Part shown: positions 58,943 through 64,000 of the stretch, one piece after another | How positions within the stretch are numbered: position 1 is the stretch's first letter | Layout: every line of letters starts with the position of its first letter | Source: Candidatus Marinacidobacterium sp. | Lineage (GTDB): Bacteria > Acidobacteriota > Vicinamibacteria > Marinacidobacterales > Marinacidobacteraceae | DNA: 64,000 nt | Reading direction: 5' to 3' | Assembly: GCA_965204755.1 (NCBI GenBank) | Contig: OZ242011.1 | Location: 768,001-832,000, forward strand | Made by a program: the position numbers and the translations under genes | Notes under the pieces: model-generated | Told to the model about the DNA's origin: nothing | What the model saw: the letters and a program-made list of their open reading frames with translations, nothing else | The model's database searches: none

Positions 58943-59068
58943 CGAGTCCGGCGGAGGGCGGGCGCGGCGGGCGGGCGGGGCGCGGCGGGCGGCCGGCGCC
59001 GCCGACCGTTCCGCGCCCCTCCGGCGGCTCGATTCTACGGACGGCGCCGGCGGGTATTCTCATTTCGC

Positions 59069-60388
59069 TTGCCCGGCCCCCACGAAGTCCCCCCGGCGCT
59101 CGCCGACCGCATCCAGCGCGAAGTCGAGGACGCCGCGGACGAAATCGCCGCCTTCACCGGGGAGTTGGTGCGGATTCCCACGGTGAACCCGCCGGGGCGC
59201 CACTACCGGGAGTGCGCCGACCGGATCGGCGAAGAGTTGCGCCGGATCGGCTTCGAGGTCGAGACCGCCGAGCCCGCGCCGGAGGAGTGCTCCGGCCCGG
59301 CCTGGCCGGCCGACTGCCCCCGGCGCAATGTGGTCGGCCGGCTTCCCGGCCCGCTCGGCGGGAACGGGCGCCGCCTCCACCTGAACGGCCACTTCGATGT
59401 CGTCCCGGCGGGCGCCGGCTGGAGTTTCGATCCCTTCTGCGGGAAGGTCGAGAACGGCGCGGTGCTCGGCCGGGGGACCAGCGACATGAAGGGGGGACTG
59501 GCGGCGGCGGTCTTCGCGGTGGAGGCCCTCCGCCGCGCCGGCGCCCGCCTCCGGGGAACCGTCGAAGTCTCGGGGACCGTGGACGAAGAGTCCGGCGGCT
59601 TCGCCGGCGCCGCCTGGCTGGCGGAGACCGGGCGGATCTCCCCGGCGACCGACGCCGTCATCATCCCGGAGCCGTTCGGCGCGCGCCGGGTCTCGGTCGG
59701 CCACCGGGGCGTCTATTGGTTCCGGGTGGTCTCCGAAGGCGAAACCGCGCACGGGAGCATGCCGTTCCTGGGGCGAAACGCCGCGCTCCACCTCGCGCCC
59801 CTGCTCGAAGCGGCGCGCACCGGGTGGGCCGCCGAGTTGCGCGGCCGCCGGACGGCGCTCCCGGTCGTGCCCGAAGGCGCCCGGTACGCCACGGTGAATG
59901 TGAACGGCATCCTCGGCGGCCAGACCGGCGGCGAAGCGCCGAGCCCCCAGGTGCCGGACCGGGCGGAGGCGGTCTTCGACCGGCGGTTCCTGCCGGAAGA
60001 GGGCGGGCTCGACGCCGTGCGGGAGGAAACGGCGCGCTGGGTCGCCGAGTGCGCGGCGGAGGACCCGGCCCGCCGTTACCGGATCGAAGAACTGATGACC
60101 GTGGAGCCGGTGGTTACGCCGCCGGACTCGCTGGCGGCGGCCGCGGTGCGGTTCGGCGTCCGGGAAGCGCTCGGAACGGAAGTGGAGGAGGTCGCGAGCC
60201 CGGGGACCTACGACCAGAAGCACTTCGCCCGGATCGCCGGCGTCGCCGACTGCGTCGCCTACGGGCCCGGAATCCTCGAACTCGCCCACCGGCCGGACGA
60301 ACTCTGTCCGGTGGCGGAACTCGCGGACGCGACCAGGGTGATCGCGCTGGCGGTCGCCGCGGCGGTGGGCGCGGACTCGGGCGGCTGA
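59069..60388 (+). CDS. ArgE/DapE-family M20 deacylase (start uncertain)
   Basis: NGHFDVVP, GRGTSDMKGG, DEESGG, AHGS, YGPG...AH.PDE. Confidence 0.9.
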   Translation: MPGPHEVPPALADRIQREVEDAADEIAAFTGELVRIPTVNPPGRHYRECADRIGEELRRIGFEVETAEPAPEECSGPAWPADCPRRNVVGRLPGPLGGNGRRLHLNGHFDVVPAGAGWSFDPFCGKVENGAVLGRGTSDMKGGLAAAVFAVEALRRAGARLRGTVEVSGTVDEESGGFAGAAWLAETGRISPATDAVIIPEPFGARRVSVGHRGVYWFRVVSEGETAHGSMPFLGRNAALHLAPLLEAARTGWAAELRGRRTALPVVPEGARYATVNVNGILGGQTGGEAPSPQVPDRAEAVFDRRFLPEEGGLDAVREETARWVAECAAEDPARRYRIEELMTVEPVVTPPDSLAAAAVRFGVREALGTEVEEVASPGTYDQKHFARIAGVADCVAYGPGILELAHRPDELCPVAELADATRVIALAVAAAVGADSGG

Positions 60389-60400
60389 GGCGAACCGACC

Positions 60401-61603
60401 ATGCACGAGCCCGGCACGCTGGTGGTCATCGGGATCGCCGCCTTTCTGCTGCCGCCGGTCGCCACGCGCCTCCTGGTTCCGGCGGTGGTGCTGGAGATCC
60501 TGTTCGGGGTGCTGGCCGGGCCGGTGCTGGGACTGGTCGAGACCAGCGAACTGCTCGACCAGATCGGCGACCTCGGGCTGCTGATGCTGATGTTCCTCGC
60601 CGGGTTCGAGATCGACTTCGCCGCGCTCCGGCGGGGCGGCGCGCGCTCCATCGCGCAGGCGCTCACCGTCTTCGCGGCGACGCTCTCGCTGTCGTTCCTG
60701 GCGACCTGGATCCTCGACCTCTCCATCTTCTACGGTCCGGTGCTGGCCACGACTTCGGCGGCGCTGGTGCTGCCCAGCATGCGGAGCGCCGGCATCACCG
60801 GGAAGAGCCTCGGCCAGGCGATCCTGGTGGCGGCGGTCGTCGCCGACCTGGTCACCCTGCTCCTCGTCGCCGAAATCACGATCTGGGCGCGCGACGGTTG
60901 GGGAATCGCGCTCGTCGGCGGGCCGGCGCTGCTGCTCCTCGTGGTGCTCACGCTGCGGGTGCTCAAACTGCTCGTTTGGTGGCATCCGGAGCGGGCGAGC
61001 CGGCTGTTCGAGGAGGACGACCCCGACGAGATGGGGATCCGCGGCGCGCTGGCGCTGCTGCTGGTGCTGGTGGGCGTGTCGGCGGCGCTCCGGGTGGAGC
61101 CGATCCTGGCGGCGTTCCTCGCCGGAGGAGTCTTCGCGCTCCTCTTCCAGCCCCCGACCTCGCTCCGCCGCCAACTCTCCGGGATTTCCTGGGGCTTCCT
61201 GATCCCGATCTTCTTCATCAATGTCGGCCTGCGCTTCGATGTGGCCGCGCTGACCGACCCGGGGCTCCTCCGCCGCGCCGGAGTGATCCTGCTCGCCGCG
61301 CTCCTCGTGAAGTTCCTCCCGGCGATGCTCTACATGTTCTGGGGCTTCTCCCTCCGGGCCGCCTCCGCCGCGGGCTTCCTCCTCTCCGCGCGCCTCAGCC
61401 TGGTGGTGGCGGTCGCCACGGTGGGAATGGAGTTGGGGCTCCTGACGCAGCAGGACCGCGCCATCGCCGTGGTCATCGCCGCCGCCACTTCCATCACCTG
61501 CCCCATCCTCTTCCGCACCGTAATCTCCCACGGCACCGCCGCCGCGAGCGGCGACGAAGAGGCCGACTCCCCGACCCGCCCGGCGGTCGAAGCCCGGATC
61601 TGA
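60401..61603 (+). CDS. CPA2 cation:proton antiporter
   Basis: VPAVV.EIL.G, LMFLAGFEID, LIPIFFINVG. Confidence 0.9.
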   Translation: MHEPGTLVVIGIAAFLLPPVATRLLVPAVVLEILFGVLAGPVLGLVETSELLDQIGDLGLLMLMFLAGFEIDFAALRRGGARSIAQALTVFAATLSLSFLATWILDLSIFYGPVLATTSAALVLPSMRSAGITGKSLGQAILVAAVVADLVTLLLVAEITIWARDGWGIALVGGPALLLLVVLTLRVLKLLVWWHPERASRLFEEDDPDEMGIRGALALLLVLVGVSAALRVEPILAAFLAGGVFALLFQPPTSLRRQLSGISWGFLIPIFFINVGLRFDVAALTDPGLLRRAGVILLAALLVKFLPAMLYMFWGFSLRAASAAGFLLSARLSLVVAVATVGMELGLLTQQDRAIAVVIAAATSITCPILFRTVISHGTAAASGDEEADSPTRPAVEARI

Positions 61604-61690
61604 GCGTCCTCGAGCCCGACCCGGAAACGCCCCGCCCGTCGCCTATACTCGCCGCGCCGCGCGCAATTCCCGCCCACCGCTGACCGCCGA

Positions 61691-63652
61691 ATGAAACTGG
61701 ACAGAATCCTCAACGAGGTCGAGTCCCGATCGGTGGAGTTGCCCGAATTCCAACGCGGCTATGTGTGGAACCGAGAACAGGTTCGCAACCTGTTCTGGTC
61801 CCTCTACCAGCGAAATCCGGTCGGAAGCCTCCTCATGTGGGAAACCGCAGCCGGAGCGATCAAGGTCAAAGGTAACGGCGCGGTCGCTGCCGGCCAAAAC
61901 ATCAAGTTGCTTCTCGACGGCCAGCAGCGCATCACCTCCGCCTACGGCGTGATTCGCGGGGAAGCGCCGGCGTTCTTCGACGGGAACGCGGAGGCGTTCA
62001 CCGACCTTCACTTCCACATAGACGAAGAGAAGTTCGAGTTCTACCAGTCGACGAAGATGGCATCCGATCCGCTTTGGATCGATGTTTCTCGTTTGATGAG
62101 GAACGGTCTGACTCCGTACTTCCGAATCATGGAGACCGTGGATCGCGAAGCGGCGAACCGCAGGCTGGAACGACTCAACACACTGCTACAAGTCAAGGAA
62201 ATCGACATCTACATCGAGGAGATCACGGGGAGCGACCGCTCCCTCGATGAAGTAGTGGACATCTTCAATGCCGTGAACAGCGGTGGCACGAAACTCTCCA
62301 AGGGGGATTTGGCGCTGGCCAAGATCTGCGCCGGATGGCCGGAGGCTCGGGATGCGATAAAGGATCATCTGCGCCGCTGGAAGAAAGTCGGATACGACTT
62401 CACGCCCGACTGGTTGCTTCGCTGTCTCAACACAGTGCTCACCGGCGAAGCCAACTTCCGCTTTCTCGACTACAAGAAGCCCGCGGAGATCCAAGAGGGC
62501 CTGAAGCGCGCGGCCAACGCTGTGAACCATTCCCTGAACCTCATCGCAGACCGACTCGGACTCGACCACGATCGCGTGTTGTTCGGACGCTACGCGATTC
62601 CGGTGATGGCGCGCTACTTCGACCGGAAGGACGGATTCCTCGGCGGCAGCGAGAGCGACAAGTTGCTGTTCTGGTACCTGCAGGCAGCCATGTGGGGTCG
62701 TTTCTCCGGTTCGACGGCAACGAAAATCGATCAAGATATCGAGGCTATGGACAGCGGTGGACTCGAAGGGCTTCTGAAGCAGATGCACCTCTGGCACGGC
62801 CGCTTGGGCGTGGTACCGAGCCACTTCGAGGGATGGGGCCTCGGAGCACGGTTCTATCCGATCCTGTACCTGCTCACGCGAATGGGCGGCGCGAAGGACT
62901 TCTGCTCGGGAGTCGAACTCAGGAAAGGACTTCTGGGCGAGGGCAGCAGTCTCGAGGTCCACCACATCTTTCCCAAGGCGCAGTTGTACAAGCACGGATT
63001 CTCTCGCGCCGAAGTCAACTCGCTGGCGAATTTCTGTTTCCTCACCGCGGACTGCAACAAGAGCATCAGCGATAGCCTTCCCGAGACTTACTTCCCGGAG
63101 AAGGAGGGGAAGAACCCCGGGGTCTTGGCCTCCCAGTGGATTCCCAAAGACGAGAGCCTCTGGCGTATCGAGAACTACCGCGACTTCCTCGAAGCCCGCC
63201 GTAGCCTCTTGGCGACGGAAGCCAATTCCCGACTCGCCGGATTGCTGCACGGGGAGACCCGATGGATGGAGGGCGGCGAGACCGAGTCCCAAGCGCGGCC
63301 GGTCGTCGGGGGGATCACGAGCGAGGAAGAGCGGCGTGAACTCGAGGCCCTGAAAGCCTGGGCCACCGAGCAGGGACTCTCCCCCGGAAAACTACCGTTC
63401 GACTTCTCCGACCCGAAGACCGGCGAACAGGTCGCCGTGTTCGACCTCGCGTGGCCGGGCGGCATCCAGGACGGTCTCACTCACCCGGTGGCCGTGCTGC
63501 TCGACGAAGGGGACGAACTCATCCGCTTCGCGAACGACGCCGGCTACCGCTTCTTCACTTCCACCGACGCCTTCAAGCGGTATGTGGAGAAGGACATCCT
63601 GAAACGCGGCGAGACTGGGGAGGCCGACAGCGGCCCGGCCTCCCCGAACTGA
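61691..63652 (+). CDS. DUF262 (GmrSD-like) protein with HNH-like domain and C-terminal REase-like module
   Basis: LPEFQRGYVW, LDGQQR, IFNAVNSGG; EVHHIFPK...SLAN....DCN..IS; C-terminal FDLAWP...PVAVLLDE; visibly lower GC than flanks. Confidence 0.85.
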   Translation: MKLDRILNEVESRSVELPEFQRGYVWNREQVRNLFWSLYQRNPVGSLLMWETAAGAIKVKGNGAVAAGQNIKLLLDGQQRITSAYGVIRGEAPAFFDGNAEAFTDLHFHIDEEKFEFYQSTKMASDPLWIDVSRLMRNGLTPYFRIMETVDREAANRRLERLNTLLQVKEIDIYIEEITGSDRSLDEVVDIFNAVNSGGTKLSKGDLALAKICAGWPEARDAIKDHLRRWKKVGYDFTPDWLLRCLNTVLTGEANFRFLDYKKPAEIQEGLKRAANAVNHSLNLIADRLGLDHDRVLFGRYAIPVMARYFDRKDGFLGGSESDKLLFWYLQAAMWGRFSGSTATKIDQDIEAMDSGGLEGLLKQMHLWHGRLGVVPSHFEGWGLGARFYPILYLLTRMGGAKDFCSGVELRKGLLGEGSSLEVHHIFPKAQLYKHGFSRAEVNSLANFCFLTADCNKSISDSLPETYFPEKEGKNPGVLASQWIPKDESLWRIENYRDFLEARRSLLATEANSRLAGLLHGETRWMEGGETESQARPVVGGITSEEERRELEALKAWATEQGLSPGKLPFDFSDPKTGEQVAVFDLAWPGGIQDGLTHPVAVLLDEGDELIRFANDAGYRFFTSTDAFKRYVEKDILKRGETGEADSGPASPN

Positions 63653-63675
63653 CACTCCTGCCGGAGGAGCGAACC

Positions 63676-64000
63676 ATGAAGTACGAACAGAGCGAAGCGC
63701 GGCGCGGGGAGACCACGCGGCGCGGGTTCCTGCGGGCGGCGGGGGCGCTGCCGGCGCTCCTGCCCGTCGCTCGCGCAGCGGCGGCGGAGGGGGACGACGA
63801 GGCGCTCTTCCGCCTGGTGCGGCGGGAGTTCCCGTTCGGGGAGGAGCGCCTTCCCATGAACGCGGCGAACCTGTGCCCCTCGCCCCGGGCGGTGGCCGAC
63901 GCGGTGAGCGAACTCACGCGGGACATCGACCGCGACTGTTCGTTCCAGAACCGGGCGAAGTTCGCCGGGATGCGGGAAGCGGCGCGGGAGGCGGCGGCCG
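63676..64000 (+). CDS. Class V aminotransferase-fold protein with Tat-like signal (N-terminal part; runs off window end)
   Basis: GGAGG RBS, TRRGFL, VRREF, MNAANLCPSP. Confidence 0.75.
   Translation, partial: MKYEQSEARRGETTRRGFLRAAGALPALLPVARAAAAEGDDEALFRLVRREFPFGEERLPMNAANLCPSPRAVADAVSELTRDIDRDCSFQNRAKFAGMREAAREAAA

Noticed and set aside
1-64000. tRNA, rRNA, integrase, transposase or prophage genes
   Set aside because: None recognised by eye; a covariance-model scan would be needed to exclude small RNAs.

Overview
Very GC-rich bacterial chromosomal window. Gene content and style suggest Acidobacteriota (inference only). It is mostly housekeeping: tgt-yajC-secDF; a tonB-tonB-exbB-exbD-exbD-TPR operon; a long RelA/SpoT homologue; Mrp/ApbC; a TonB-dependent receptor; 2-oxoacid:ferredoxin oxidoreductase; Ku-LigD; IscA; AddAB-like helicase-nuclease; peptidases and transporters. 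Accessory or unexplained content: (1) a compact four-gene minus-strand operon (50032-54855) encoding a polytopic membrane/coiled-coil protein, a membrane-anchored vWA-like protein, a MotA/ExbB/ZorA-like channel subunit with a long helical tail, and an ExbD/MotB-like single-pass subunit with a long stalk. This is a candidate uncharacterised ion-driven membrane motor or Zorya-like system and the best lead in the window. (2) Two DUF262 (GmrSD-like) proteins with different C-terminal modules, one a Schlafen/AlbA_2 domain. (3) An orphan three-repeat CRISPR-like array overlapping the secF stop codon. (4) Two copies of a ~180-220 bp MITE. (5) An orphan ribbon-helix-helix antitoxin. (6) Apparent window-wide avoidance of the palindromes AGCT and ACGT. 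(7) Frequent short tandem duplications at gene junctions. All calls come from motif reading by eye; no database searches were run, and several start codons were re-chosen relative to the ORF track.
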